64,000 nucleotides of DNA, from contig CM082587.2 in the NCBI GenBank assembly GCA_040954595.2, forward strand, positions 6,561,705 to 6,625,704, written 5' to 3'. The DNA is from Balanoglossus misakiensis (lineage: Eukaryota; Animalia; Hemichordata). A program made the position numbers and the translations under genes. Below, in pieces: positions 1-15,300 of the stretch (within the stretch, counting starts at the first letter, position 1; each line of letters opens with the position of its first letter). The notes under the pieces were generated by a model that was not told the origin of the DNA, did not search any database, and saw nothing but the letters and a program-made list of their open reading frames with translations.

Positions 1-1254
1 TTACCGGTATAACCTGTAAAAGAAGCGAAGTATGCATTTACAATATTAATTGAAACATTCGACGTTAAAGTTTACAAAGTTAAGTTTGTTTCTCAATCTG
101 AACAACAGTTACATTTGCCCCACCGGACAATAAATCATTAGTTTATTAGGTTATTATAAGTACACAATTATGATCTGAATGTCATAAAAACAGCCTGGGG
201 CACAACCAGGAATGAAACGAGTGTGCTCCCATGTTTAGGAGAGACATGGTGCAGCATCATGTCAGACAGAACACAATTGATCAATGTCAGTATGGAAGTT
301 TGCTCATTATTTAGTTTGATATGATAAAAGCATTTGTTTAATTACAATAGGTTCATAATAGATAATTGTGATTGATTAAATGATTGATAATATACAAGGT
401 TTTTTGCTAAATAACTGTTTCAGTGGGTCGTGTAGATTTTCATTGTGGAATGGAACCTGCAACTAGAATTTTGGTTATGTAAAATAGGCATTAATCTTAC
501 AGTTACATGAAATTTAAAAATAACAATTGAACCTGTCACAGTGAAATCATATATACAACTTATCCAGCTAACCACATCATATTTAAGGGTTTCAAGTGAA
601 AACCGACTACCTTTCCAGATTAAAATTAACTTGCCAGGATTTGACCCCGAAAATACATGTATTATATGTTCATAAATGACATAACTTCATGTTGCCAATC
701 AAAAGAAATCGTACAACTGTACACTTTGGTGTCTCAAGATTCTGAAATTAATTAAAAAGGTACTGGGTACACGTCATAAGATGACTCAGTTTACCACGCA
801 ATTTATCTATGGTGCTTTTGAAAAGGCCAACAAAAGTGAATGCCATCTTCTCAAGTTTCCAAATTCAATAATAATCGCTTGTGCTAAGAATCAAAAGACT
901 CCTCATCTGATAGCTTAATTTGAATATACTGCAGTGAAAGGCACAGTCTAGTTTCCTCCATTCTTATCCTTGTCCCTATTGTATGTTCAATAAAACTTGC
1001 TATGTACAGTTATTGACATGACATGACAGAGGTCTGACTTAGCTATTAGATATTTAACCATGTCATGTTTAATAGTGAATGGCTTATTTGCATATTTTTC
1101 TAAGTTTTGCAATAAGTTACATTAAGTTCTTGCACTAAATTTGGTGAACCTTCAGGAAAATAATTGTTTTCACTTGTATGACACTGAATATATACTTGAA
1201 TGATAATGATTATTTGACCTGATTATATCATCAATTATCTTGCATTCACCACAG

Positions 1255-1432
1255 ATACTTGGCAACAGTTTATAACTACCGGAGTGCTGCTGTTCGGTGG
1301 ATGGCTAGTTAATTACTGCCCATTCTTCGTGTTGGACAGGACCTTGTTTCTTCACCATTACCTGCCAGCGTTGCTCTTCAAAATCCTGCTGCTTTGTGTG
1401 CTTTTAGAACTCATCTACAATCACCTACCCGG
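1255..1432 (+). CDS. POMT1: Protein O-mannosyltransferase 1, penultimate coding exon (gene starts before the window)
   Basis: Flanked by cacAG and GTAAGT. Reads (D)TWQQFITTGVLLFGGWLVNYCPFFVLDRTLFLHHYLPALLFKILLLCVLLELIYNHLPG, containing the PMT-family W-x-x-NY-x-PFF...RTLFLHHYLPAL motif. Ends in phase 2. Confidence 0.9.
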
Positions 1433-4400
1433 GTAAGTAAAACTTCCGAGTAGTATATTGGAGTTAGTAACACCTGCTTAACAGACCCATGTTTCAATCT
1501 TGACATGTAGCATTTGTATCCTTAAAAAAGTGAGCAAGAACTTTATTGGGAAACGAAAGGGAACCAAAAAGTCAACTGGGCAGAACACTGCTCCCACCGC
1601 TACATAACATACACACACACACTTTCAGATGTTTATAAATCAATCACTAAGTTCTCAAGACCCTCAGTGTTGGGTAAAGGTAGGTTTCACTGAGTCTGTA
1701 TATGACTAGATTATTTATACATGTAGACAAATACCTCATTCATTGGCCATGTAAATACTGTATATTTTAACTGTGAACTTTCGAATATGGATGGGTATCA
1801 TACAATGATCACATTTGAACACAAGTCATATACAGCTTTTCTTGATGAATTAAATCCATGATGTTTTGTTTCCTTCAATCAGTATTGACAATTTTGTATC
1901 ACAGAGACTGTTGTTTACAATAACATCAAGACTTAATTGATTTAAACCCATTGCGATATCCAGCAAGCCAATTAACATTAGATGCAGTGTTGTGAAATAT
2001 GCAATGTGCACACATCTGGGGGATAAAAAGAATAGTAGAATTAATAAGCAACCATTGTAACCATAGAAAGATACATACCATTCAACGTAAACTGAATGGT
2101 TTCTAAGTCACTTAGGGATCTAATTGCCTTATATGCACGCAAAGGCTGCCAGGTATATAACAATGATAGGGCAGAATTAGTCTCTGATACCAGACAGAAA
2201 TTTAGAGGATTTTAATGCATTAATGTGTAGATCCATTCATGGGAGGTTCCACAGCAGCATCTATAGCTAACCTTGATGTAGCAATCATGTATTTGTCACT
2301 GAAAGGTGTGCAATTTGCATGCAAGAACACCCACGACATCTATAAGCCTTATGATATTATTTTCTTGCTGCCCTTGTGGATGTTAATATGATGAAGGCCA
2401 TTTTGTTGTTGACGCAAATTAAAAGGATGTGCTGAAAGGAATGACATTGAACTTTTTTATTTTAACGGGACAGATTAAAGTTAATGCCTACTTAATACTA
2501 ATGAGTGAGGGCATATGACAATGCTGTCGAGTAAACACGCCACTTGCAATATCCGCAAGAATTTTTTTCACATTGTAATTTTCAACCAAAGCTGTCAGTT
2601 TTATTATGTTGCCAGTGAAATAAATGAAGGCGAAAAACAAAATTAGAAGGTCTTTGACATATGCCTGAACTTAGTGAAGTTGAAAGGAAAGTGAAAGACA
2701 TTAAAATGTCTGTGTCAACAGGAAAATGACAAAAGATGTTGTGGTGTACACATTTCATTTATGCATCAATATAAATATCTCGTTTTGTTTCGGGACAAAA
2801 ATTAGAAGGAATAAGCAGTCTGGGGAAAATTGCACATGTATAAGTACCACGATGATAATTTTTCTCGCCTTCACATATGCTGTAGTAGCATTGAATTCAT
2901 CTACACCATCTACATGTTGAAAAGGAACGGGAACTGTGACAGAAGCACATACCGACATTGATTTGTTGCCTGTTGCCGGGGAAGTTTTGAACCACTATTT
3001 GCTCACAGTGCATGTTAAACATAATGCCATTTGGGAGAGTAAAAGTGACTGCGTATAGTACTATCTGCATAAGCGATTGCCATTTAAACAATTGAAGTTT
3101 TCTAATACCACTCTCCTCGAGACTTGATTAAATGCCCAGGATTTCCAGCGAATCTTGTTCACTCCGTTTGTGGGTGTAATTTCATCTTAATTCAAAATCA
3201 ATCTGTACCTTTTAATCATTATCGCGATGACGTTAATGGTCCACTGATTACTCTGCATTTCCCATTTCTAATATTTTTTGATGTCAGTACTCGAGGTCAG
3301 GAAGTGAAAACCCTTCATCTCTCCCATCATTTCAAGCTTTCCATGTGCCACTTTTTTTGAGAAAAAAATGATGAAATGATGAAATCCTATAGACTTTGAA
3401 TGATTATAAGTAAATCGAGAAGACAAAACCAGTGTAGAGGGTTTGGGAAGGAATAATAACCATACCATATTATTTATTCTTTTATTCTGACAGTCAAGCA
3501 AAGCAATGTTTTTTTTCAAAAGCACAGACTCAATTCACAACTTGTAAGGGAATGGCTCTGTCAAAAGTCCCAGAATTAGTTTATTTCTTATCAGGTTCAT
3601 GGTGTAATCAAATCAATGTTTCGTGCTGTTCATTAAATCATTTATTCTCACCTCAGCATATCAAAGTTAATCTGTTGTCTGGCTTGCTGCCTGATGTCTG
3701 GCAGTATGCTCAACAAAAAGGGTCAGTTTACTTCTGGCCATTGTGCCCACGCCTGTGATTGTACCTTGCTATTGTGGGTGTTGGTCCGATTGTAAAATTT
3801 TCAGGCAGCACAAGTCAGATCGAAATGCACTGTCTCTAGATCTGTATAGCCCCAGGTATGATCAGCATTTTGATTGTGGTAGCCGTCACAGGGTTGATAA
3901 TGTGACTTGTTTGACATAGTAATTGCACTGCCACCATAGCCAAGGTGTTCATTTACATGTACATGGCTCATATGTGATGTCTTTGCAATGAACTTCGCAA
4001 CTAATTTTTGTTTTGTCAAGTTAAAAAAGTAACAACACATGTGAACCAATATCTGTGAGATAACATGACTGTAGTGTATAGATACACAACTCTAAATATG
4101 TTTGGAAATTATATGAGCTAATGTTTGGATTCAGAAAATGACTGCTCATGTTAGAGAATACAAAGTACATTTGGCACAGGTCAACTGAATGCACACATTA
4201 TGTTTGAAGCAGTCATGAATGAGGTGGAAAAATCATTGTAACTATTTTATGCAGATTTGATGAAACCCACAGTTGTTACCCCGTTTAGTTGGTTTAAAAG
4301 GATCTGGACAGGATGAATCAGGCACACTGCTTCCATATGAGATTGATTAACATTAATCACAATTGCACCAATGGAAGCATCCGGCCGGTTCCACATGTAC

Positions 4401-4908
4401 CACCCGTCGTAGTATTAATCTCCAAGTCAAAACAGGAAGCAGCAGACCTCACTTTTTCTTTCAACATGAATTTCCTGTTTTCAGGTTTCTTCACATTCTG
4501 ATATCCGTACACCTATACCTGCGTGGGTTGTAAAGTCTATAATAATATATGGGTACATGTCTGTTTTGAATATGAATATTATATTTCTGGTTTTCTTGTG
4601 CTATTTGTTCAGTTTACTGTGGAAACAGACATCTGACTTCACAATATAATACTCTTACTGTTGTAGCCTATGGCCTTCTATGGTACGATATGTTTACATA
4701 TTTGTACAGAACATGGAATCACCATAGGGCCATAACTAAAACGTTCATGTAACATGTACCTACATGTATGTACTGAGTGACTGTGGCATTCAAGTTTGGC
4801 TAAATGCCAATTCATTTGCATAATTTAATAACATTCAGGTATTTTGAATTCATGGCAGACAGACACTGGAAAATTTAACACAAATGATGTAAAATGAAAA
4901 TTTAAGGA

Positions 4909-5256
4909 AAACTGGTTGTACTTCTTCCCCTATCAACCAAGTAATATAATGAATTTATATCAAGAAGATTACCAACATAAAAATGGTTCTGTGTGTTATC
5001 CAATTCTGCAATACTAACCAACTTAATACTTATTTGAATTAATCTGAAATTTGCATTTCTCCTCCGCAGATCTGACATTCTGACAAACTGGTTGTACTTC
5101 TTCCCCTATCAACCAAGTAATATAATGAATTTATATCAAGAAGATTACCAACATAAAAATGGTTCTGTGTGTTATCCAATTCTGCAATACTAACCAACTT
5201 AATACTTATTTGAATTAATCTGAAATTTGCATTTCTCCTCCGCAGATCTGACATTC
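4909..5256. repeat. Perfect tandem duplication (172 bp x2, period 176, TGAC spacer) spanning the POMT1 final 3' splice site
   Basis: 4909-5080 is identical to 5085-5256 by direct reading. Confidence 0.92.
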
Positions 5257-5429
5257 ATCGCCATCTGTTCATTGTGCTTGTCCTTGCGTGGTTGACTCAG
5301 GTTCTTCTCGCATTCAAACAGTTTAGTCCGTTCACTTATGGCAGTAAGTCCTTATCTGAAGAGGAAATCGAGAGCTGTCAATGGGTAGATTCCTGGGGCT
5401 TCCTACAACACGGCAAATTGTCATATTAA
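5246..5429 (+). CDS. POMT1: POMT1 terminal coding exon
   Basis: Acceptor ttctcctccgcAG; phase matches the previous exon. Reads SDIHRHLFIVLVLAWLTQVLLAFKQFSPFTYGSKSLSEEEIESCQWVDSWGFLQHGKLSY*, with the FSPxTYG...W-x-DSW C-terminal pattern of POMT1. Confidence 0.88.
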
Positions 5430-8075
5430 CTTCCATTGTAGCTTTAAGGGTCCATAAACTGCTTAATGACATGGGGGAAATTGTGTTATTAACCCCAATT
5501 CTTCTGCTTGGGGTCAATAAATGCATTAATGACCCCAATTACGAGGTAAAAATGGTAGATATATTGGGCTGCCTGACTGAACCAAAGATGTAAATTATTA
5601 TCAAATTGTGTGCATGCTATATCGTTAAATCAAATTGATTGGGGGAAGTAACATAATTGTGGAAGCAAATTAATTTTGATCATTGTTGCCATAACTGTTT
5701 CAGGTTTAATTGTCAACTGGGATTGTAAACATATATCATATTAGAATCACATCTACTTGTTCTGGAGACAAGCTAAACCGGTTAACATCGTGAGTCGTGA
5801 GAGCTGATATATATGACCGAGTGACTGTGATTTCCATGAATACCATGTGAGGTGCATTTTCCCTGTAGAAGGAACTGTTACTGTAATTGTGACTTTCGAA
5901 ATCAGAGAATGGAGGCCTCCTGTATCTCTGTGTCACAAAATAAAACTTGCATATCTTTTCAATGAGTTGTAACCTACTCTGTGTGGTAGCCATCTGACCT
6001 ATTTATTTTGAATGATGGCCAGCTTTTTGGTAGCACATATAGTTTTCAATGTTCTACTCTTGACGCATTGTAAACCTTACAATGGGATCGAGCAATAAGA
6101 AAGTATGGAGGCATATATATTCCACAAATTTAGTACACCCTATAGATTACTTCTCAAAATTTTTATATATTTCAGATTGGTTCATCTCATTGTGTTCCAT
6201 TCCACTACATATACATGTATTCCATCTTGAAGACATGTTCGTTTATCCCATTAGAGTTTCTCATGCCATTCCATTTCCTAGATCAAATCTTTTTTTATAT
6301 CGCAGCCAGGGGTAAATTTTCAAAGTGGCACCGTTTTCATAAAATTTGTTTAATGGAGATGTTTATACCTTCATATTTATTTAAGAATTAAAGTTTTATG
6401 TTTTCAAGCTAAGTTTGACACAGTCCCTCGATCACTATGATTGGAATAGTGTTCAGTTAATTCCTTGAATGTTATCCTAAATTGTAATCTTGAACATTTC
6501 AAGCATGTCATATTGTTGATTTGAATTGTGTAATCACCTTGAGTACTTGAAAACATTTTTCTGAACAAGAAATTGATTTGCAAAAGTGCCATAAGTGTTT
6601 CATCCAGACGACATGATTGTGCCCCCTTCGCACAATGTCAAGAGTTGATTTGGGATTACTGAGACAGACGTAAAATGTACAACTTTGGCACATACATTCT
6701 CGTGAGCAAGAGCTTTACTTCCATTCCATGATTGTACGCAAAAAAAAGGGAAGTATACCAGATTTCACTGTGAACTGCAGATTTGTTATTATTTTTTTAA
6801 TTGATCTTGATTTCGTATGCACTTAGAGTTCTTTTGATTTTTTTTGTTATAATTCCATATATGATTACCCCTTCAGAAAACGACTGTGTCACAGTATGCT
6901 TGAAGTTCAAGTTAGATGGTACAATGAACAGATGTCAGTATCATAGATGATTCTGTTGTATGATGTTTGTGGGGTTAAGGTATCCGGTATAAGCAAGGCA
7001 AGTCATTCCTCAGTTGTACTGGTAATATGGATAATTATTATGTAAACATAAGAATCTGACAAGGCTACCTTGTCTGTCTTCGACGTCATGTCATGTAAGC
7101 ATACTTCAGTCGATGTGTCTTCAAATTGTCTAATGACCAAACTCGGCAAATTCCACAATCTCTTCTATTTTGCCTCATCATTTCAATATTTGCTTGCCAA
7201 CTGAACCGAGCCTAGACAGATGACTGATAATGTCTTACACTAAAAGGACTACATGTATTGGCACAATTGCATGTGCTGGTAGTTGAAGAGTAAGGCCCAT
7301 AAGACACGATTTGGTCTCTAATCCATTATTGAACAATTTCACTACTTTTGTGTATTGCTAGATTATATACAACACTGCTTAGTCCGGGCTTAGGCTTGTT
7401 GTTATATTCAATAAACCGAGCAGTTTATCTTTTATCAATTCAGATCCAATAGATAAGGCTTATATTCCCGCCCTTTGGGTAATCAGCATCGCCCACGGGG
7501 AATTAAGCTTTAGGCAGAGCAATGACCGAAGAACGGAGTCTGATGAAGCCACCTGGATTGCGGAATCAATTGCACCAATTATAGAATATTATGAGGTACA
7601 ACTCGCTTATCTCCACGTTATTAACTTTGAGATTGACTCTCAGGTCAACCTTGAACAAAGTGCCCTGAACAAAATAAATACTGCGTGTTCCCAGGGGTGC
7701 TGCGCTCATCCATGCTTGGAGGACCTCAGATCGAAGCGTTGTTTTTCAGGGCAAATACTACCCAATAAAGTGGTTTGACTTTTAGGATTGCAATATTTCT
7801 TTGGGCTGTGCATCTCTTTACATGGCTAATGACATGCGTCCTACTAAACCAATTTTGTAGATTTTTCCATGAAAGGCTGTACATTCGGATTAGCCATTGC
7901 CATTTTCGCAGACTGAAGTCGAATTCATAGATTGCATTGCTAAATTCTGACATTGAAAAGTTCTAAAGATATTCATTGCGCATGATGACGACTGCTTAAA
8001 GCTTGGTGAATGATTTGATAGATTTCAGATTTTATGAAACTTGAAAGTAAAATGCCAATTCTACTGGTTAAATTA

Positions 8076-8245
8076 ACATACATACATACATACATACATA
8101 CATACATACATACATACATACATGTACATACATACATACATGTACATACATACATACATACATACATACATGCATACATACATACATACATACATACATA
8201 CATACATACATACATACATACATACATACATACATACATGTACAT
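8076..8245. repeat. (TACA)n microsatellite
   Basis: About 170 bp of TACA repeats with occasional TG variants. Confidence 0.97.
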
Positions 8246-9089
8246 TTTGAACAGTAAAGATGGAGTGAGGTTGAATTTAATGCGATCTCATGAACTGCTT
8301 ATATAGGTTGTATATGGCCGCCATTTCCTCTTGCCAGGGTGATTTACATCATCAACCAGTCCTTTTTACGACTTTGTCGTGATTTTGAGATGATAATGCC
8401 CCCACTTGACGATGTAACTGTGATTTTATGATGACTTTGCTGTCATGTGTGTTGAATTATTAACCAGGCACAGAACAGGTGTTCTAAATCATTGGCTGAG
8501 TGTGAAGTTCATGATCATTGATGGTGACCCCCGCCAGGCAAAGGCAAACAATCTACATGATGATATGAGATCATTTCTTCTGGGAATGGCGGCAAATGTG
8601 TCCAGGATGGCACTATATTGCGCGGCAGCAAACTCGGACACCTGGAATTTGTATTTCAGGAACAGGTTGGCTATCAGCGCAAGTAGAGGTTCAGGGCTGA
8701 GTAGCGAAACACTTTGGCAAATAAGAAACACGATTTTTGACGGTCTGAGCTTCATACAGTAATGAGGCGAGATTTTTGGAAATTTATTCATGAACGCTTG
8801 TAATCAGGAAGTTGCGATCTACCGGCTTATGACAAACGAAGACATTCGGCCATAGAAGGGCAGATTGCTAGCACAGTCGCATGGATTTTCCATCAGTAAT
8901 GCAGCATCGCAAGGCCCTCGCCGGTAATATTCTTTACTACTTAGCCGATTTATCGTCCTTTGCTTCCCATTTTATTGGAAACTAAAGTTGAAAACGATGT
9001 GTGGATAGACGTTCGTACAAATTTATCAATCGCAGTGAATCGGTGTTAATAGCAAACGTGACGAGAATCGTGAAGTGTGATTGTGTTGC

Positions 9090-9370
9090 TTATCTTTCGA
9101 CGCGCCTTGGGGACAGATTTTGAGGAAAAAATGATAGTCCTTTAAACCTTCCAATTTTTGTTTCATTAAGACCTGGCTTTTTAAAAAACAAAGTAGAAAA
9201 CTGCATGTTCACCGTCTTCTTTTCACTCTCTCCATAGACTCTCCATAGAGATTGGCGGCCATTTTGAATTTGAGACAGTTTTGCTCTCATTCAAAAGTTT
9301 GCACGGTGATCACGTATTGTTATTATTTAGTTTTACGTAGTTTGGGGGTCCTTTTTCAATGTAAATTTGT
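9090..9370. mobile_element. Possible degenerate non-autonomous DNA-transposon fragment
   Basis: The ctccatagac...ggcggccattttgaattt...tttgcacggtga segment resembles dispersed repeats I recall from marine invertebrate genomes. No TIR or TSD was resolved. Confidence 0.3.
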
Positions 9371-12300
9371 TCTTGCTGTGAAATGGTGGACAGGTGCGTT
9401 TTATAGTATCACTAGCTACACAGGACATTTGATTCCAACCTTCAAAATTATTGGAAATATTCCAATCAAACTAATTTTAAAAATTCATCTATAGTATATT
9501 GTTAACCACCAATAATTTGTTAATTTATATTAAATTACATATTGATAAATTTAATAATCGTTTGAACTTAGCTAACCGTGCTGTCCGTAGATTACTTCAT
9601 TTATATTGAATAATGTGGACAACGTGCGCAATCTACCAATGTCATGAACTGTGAAAGCAAAAACCAATTTAATTCACATTACCAATTTAATCGTATTTAT
9701 ACACCCGAATAATTGTTCGAGAAGGGAACGCAAATGGAATACTCTGAAAATGCACATCCTCAAAGCGCCATGCAAGACACTTTGTAGTTGATCCGTCAAT
9801 GTCCAACGTCGAATGAAATATCGGGATTATCTTTGCCTACGGAGTTTTCAAAAAACATATTCTCGCGGGATGTGTTTTCTATGACGGGTCCCTACAGCTT
9901 GGCACATGACCCTTGCACGTCAAATTATAAAGCCCACACTGTGGCAGAAATTTACTGTTTTGCTGACGACAAAAGCCGGGCCCAGCAGGCATCCGACGGA
10001 GTCAAATTTAAATCTATCGCCGTCCATTGCTGTCGTTTTAATGGAATAAACGTGGCCGCCTAATGAATAGCGTGTCCCTTGTCCATTGGTTTGAACCCGC
10101 TGCCACCTGTTTAGTAACCATCAACAGATTTGAATCGAGTATTAACGCGCGCCATTATCGCCAACTTGCCTGTTTTGACACCTCTGCTTATTTTATCCAT
10201 CCGCCTTGTATTCACCCGACATCATCAAGTTCTCACGTTCGATTTCCCCTGTCTGTTTACCTTGAAGTTTCTGTGCGCGCAATTTTTTTTAGATTTCATG
10301 CCCCTGTGGGGCAAGATTGTACTGAGACAAAGGACGTTGAAAATTACATGAGTGCGATTTTAAATCATTTGGCAGAGGTTTGGACAGATTAGCGGAGGTG
10401 GTAAATTGCCATTTCAGCTTGTCGAAAGCCCTCCCCCGTTGTCTACTGCAGGTACATTGTATATTCTGCGAACGAAAATCCATAAGTTGGTTAAGAATTA
10501 ATTTTAAGACGATCTGCCTCCACACTACAGGGTATACACACTTTATTTTTAACGATTGGCATAATTTACGTATCACATCTGAGCCATCAGATATACTCTC
10601 CACCTTTTGTATGTTACTGAGTACTTTAACCATTCGCTGCATCCGAGGGGGCAGACATTTATTATTTGCATTCCCTTCAGTTTGTAAATGAAATCCCGGA
10701 TTATGCAGACAATCAGTTTGCCGTTGGACATGGTGTTCTATTTCTGGCAATGACGTATGTCCCCGGACTAAAAGTAGTTTTCAATTTCGCCGCCACCTCT
10801 AACAACATCAGAAAGATTCCCGATTTTTAAGCTGCTTATTGACTGGATAAAACAGACTAAACTGATCGTCGCAACCAGAAAGTTGACCGTGTTCTAGAAT
10901 GCTTATCAAGCTTTTGGAGGCAGACATTGCTGAACCATAGGTCTATATTGCGAAACGATTCACACAAATGCTGATGTAGCTACATACAATGAAAACAAAA
11001 CCTGTTCACCGAACGGCGTGTATACATCGATAAAAACAGACGCACCGCGCGCGTGCTATTGATACGTCCCTCTCGATATATTCACCCGTGATCTTTCACT
11101 TCTCTTTTCGCGTTGCAGATTATTTGTCAGGCGTGACAAAAAACGGCATCTAAACTAAGTGGAACGGGTCGTTCGCGTCCACAAATCGATTAAAGACACA
11201 TTTACACACTCTTGCTGGTGATAATAAGTCCAACTGCTGGAATTTATCGGGGAGACGTGCCGCGAGACGTGTTCAGAAAAAAACGTGATTTACATTTCCT
11301 TTGTTGTATCGCCATTCATTTGACAGGAGTATTCACGATTCTCCAGGTGCGTCTAATTTCTTTGAAAGTTGGTGATATCACTCTCGTCGATAAAAAAGGC
11401 TGCTCCATTTCAAAATATTTAAGGAACCAGACATTCATCAGTTAATCCCTGCGTCTTAGGTACACTTTCGTCTTTATGGGTGCAGGTGTTGACCATGAAT
11501 TGTAGGCTACTCAAAAATGTGTCAGATCAATAATTATTTTGATGACGCTGAAACTGAATGTGGAACACACCAAAACACTCTAAATATCAGAGGCAGTATA
11601 ATAAAAGATTTGTTCGTCTCCCTGCATGTCTAACCAAACAACGCAGACTACAGTTAGGCCTCCACTAAACCATTCCAAAACAAAACTACAGTTGTACGTA
11701 CAACGATTGAAAACAGCCCTTTCCTGTTTGCTGTACGTGCAGGTTATGATGTACTGTTAAACCGTTTGTTTTTCTGACCATGTTCCGAACGTTCTTTACT
11801 GACTGGTCCAGTGTCTATACCACGCGGACAAAACGTGAACGTCATACAAGGCGTTGCTCGTGTGTATTCGTGCGAAATCAATCGAGGCAGGGGTGGTGCT
11901 TATTCGAGCTTTAATTGCTGTCCCCGGACGCTGCTTGCAGCCAACTGTGAATTTATAGTCTAAGAGGAAATAACCGAATGAAAAAAAAATCATCATTTAC
12001 AACTGACGCAATGAGTCATGGTCAGGATTTACAACGAGCGACTGTGACAAGGCCGTTCCTAGATACACTTTTATTTTAATTTCAAATGTTGTTATGCGTT
12101 TAACGGCCTGCGCGAAGTCACCTGGTATATATTCGGCGTAAACATAGACTGTTGCAGACAGCAGAATAGAACAGACATAAAACTCGCCCACACCTGTACA
12201 AATACCCTCACAAGTTGTTAAAATATTTATAACCGTGAGAGACTCACATTCTGGATGATTGCAATATTTACAAAACAGTACAGTTTACTTTCTAAAGCGT

Positions 12301-15300
12301 TTAGGGGTGGAAATTTGACTTGAGGGATCCGTTTGGTACTAAAAGACTGTTGTTCGAACAATTTTAGGGGGTGACTTTGTTTTTTTTTGCTTGAATAACT
12401 TTGTCTGTGGAATAACTAACCATTTCTGGTCTGTTTTGCGATGCGTGTAATTTTATAGAACAAATAGCGATCATGGGCAAATTTCACAAAAGGAGAATGC
12501 GATTTCAATTACTGGCATCTTAAACCTACCAACCTAGGGTAATATATACCACAGATTGTACAAAGATACCGGTCCTTAGGGGCCAGCTTTCTTATGAAAT
12601 ATATAAATCTTGTGTCGTGATTTTATCTGTGCGAAGTATGTTTCGTTTTATCACATGACATCTGTCGTTCTGACAACTCCGCGTTTTAATACATTCCACA
12701 TTATTAGCGTGAACGTCTGATCTCAAAGCGCTAATCCGTTGTTGCTAAAATGTATGGAAAAAAACCTAAGCCAAGACATCTTCGGGAGACGTAATTTGAA
12801 AAGCTTCTTTTTTTTGACAAGTAATTGCCCAGCTCGGCTTTGCATTTTGGTGCCGTCCATCTTTTGTGTTGGATCTCAGCATTTTCACTAACCGAATGCC
12901 AAACACTGAATAAAGCATTTCAAAAACATGTCACGACTGCATCTCACACTGTCAAACGTCAATAGGTTTCTCGTGGAAGACCCCAGATACGTTTATTAGT
13001 ATTTGCAGTTTTTTAAAACGTCTCCGTTATGGCACTGATATTGCAAAGGGTAATTAAAAATATGGCACTTAGCCATCTAAATATTGGCCCGACTTTTCTG
13101 CGGCTGCCATGGAAACCGTGACGTCGTGACGCGTTTATGGGTGGCAAGGAACACCTGCGAAATTTCCTGAGGGCCAAGGAAAGTTCAGCGCACTGATGTT
13201 GTAAAACTAATGAAGTCGGTCGGTTGGTTGGTAAGATTCGGCGGTGAAATAGCGACATCTAAACGGCAAGACAGCTTTCAGCGTCTCACAGAATACAGTC
13301 TTCTCCGAGATACAGATGTACATGTGTTTACTGTTCGAGAGCTCGCTGGCGTTGAAAAGTGGTGCAGTTTTTTCGACATTTTAGTCACATGACCTATTCT
13401 GACCAATTATGTCACAGCACAAGTATGGCGTGCGTTGAAAATTTAAATACTCCGTGTTAACAGCTGCCGAATCACTGGCAGTGTTGCTATATGTTGAAAA
13501 TTGAAAGTGCATTCTACAATCAATGGCCACAACGATTAGGGATATGCCCCAGGCGGATATCTCTATTTACCATAATTTAGTCAGTTGGTTTATTTCAACC
13601 TGCTGTTAAGCACGCAAATACAGCAAAATAACTGGCCAGGAAATCCAATACACCTGTCATGTTTTCGGATATGATGCACCAATCACCCTATAGGCGACAG
13701 GGTAATTATACATTATGCAGGTCTTGGCCGGGTTGCGTGATAGTGGGCAAACGATTGTATATTTACATATATGTACCAACTGTATTCTGTCTGTGTTTGG
13801 TCATCTATTGTTCCCGTTTGCCACTTATGCCGTTCGTTTTTTTGCATTCTGTAAAAGGCGACATAATTCGCGTGATCTTACTGCTAAACTGCCCTTTGAT
13901 GAAGAGAAGTCATACCCCAGGTCAACGATCTTGTGCCCGCTTACCATTAATCACAATCAAAATCTACCTTTATGTTCCGGCATTGTAAATTGATATTGGT
14001 TTGATGGTGAATAACAGCTGGGCCGTGCCTTCACTGAAGTGCATTTTAACTCTCACTCTTTGCGCCTGTTATTGGAGTGTCTCGACGCAGATCATGTCCA
14101 GCGCAAGTGCAATGTTCACCACGTTTAATACGGCACGAGTTCTTGTCGATTTGTTCGCTTTTTTTAGAGTGTTGTTCTTGATTAACTGCGCAATAATTCC
14201 GCTTGGTTTCCACGCGTTTACGGCACTCACTCCATCACCGCTGACACTTGAAATGGAGAGCATTGCCGAGACGTTCTTGTCGCTTTGCGTAAAGTGCGCT
14301 CTCCTGTACAGAATCGCTCACGTCAGGTCACGTGGTATATACTGAGTGTTTTTTACTTTGATTCGCAGCTCACGGTTCAGTACGGAATATCACTGCCAGT
14401 TTCTGTCTGAGTAACGCGAGAATTGCGTTTTGTAAAGGAAATATATGTGTAGTCATGTTGCTATCCCCCCGGATAAATGATTGTTTTCGCCCATTGCGAG
14501 ATCTCGCGAGACTTGGTTAATTACCATAGAACCAGGTTGCCAGCTAAAAGTACCAGAAATACAAGTTAAGCTTTGTATGGAACTAGAAAAGGTGCAGCGT
14601 TTAACAATAATTGTAACTTTGTGCCGTTTAACACGATGGGTCATGTCTTGTTTGTCCCGTATAATGTCATTCCATGTAATCTGCCTAGGCACGCGAGATC
14701 TCGCCGGGTCTCGTGAAGCTCAGAAAATGGTCTATTGTCTGTCAACGACACATTCACATTCACCAACAAGGCGATTATAGTCAGTTGTACGTCATGTTAT
14801 AATACAATTTCCCTCTCATAAAGACGCATTCAAAGCTACTATCGTTTTAAATGACACGTCTAATGTAAAGATAATAATATAACAAAGGGATGATGAGCTA
14901 TTTCCCTTGACAGTTGAAAGTCTAAAATGACCAGTCTATTCTGACAATTATGACAAGGAAAGGGATTGCATGATGGGCTATACTTGTTCGAACCAGAAGA
15001 GTGTCAACGGGATGATGACGTCGAGGAACGCAAAGAGGAGGTGTGCAAAAGACATCTGACAATTTGTCAAAAAAAGAGCGAAAAAACTTGCGATTATGAA
15101 CAGACAGTAGCCGGAGAAATCAGTTAATGCGTAAAGAATCGGACATCATTGCTGTTTGCCCCGGAAATTAAAATTGGTGACTCCGAGGGAAAACGAGTTT
15201 TCGGACTCGGGAGATGAGGAATTAGATTGTGGACTGAAAGTCTTTGATTGCTCGCAGCGGGCGGTTTTCTGAAATACAATCCGGGACACAGGCGCGGGTA

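Noticed and set aside
7973-8306. ORFs with MYVC/YIHT repeats
   Set aside because: Translations of the (TACA)n microsatellite.
8250-8950. GC-richer segment with overlapping ~100-aa ORFs ending at the microsatellite, possibly a LINE 3' end
   Set aside because: No RT or endonuclease motif recognisable in the frames I read; cannot be supported without a repeat-library search.
12122-12194. Minus-strand segment bounded by acceptor- and donor-like sites
   Set aside because: No partner exons or recognisable protein; likely chance.
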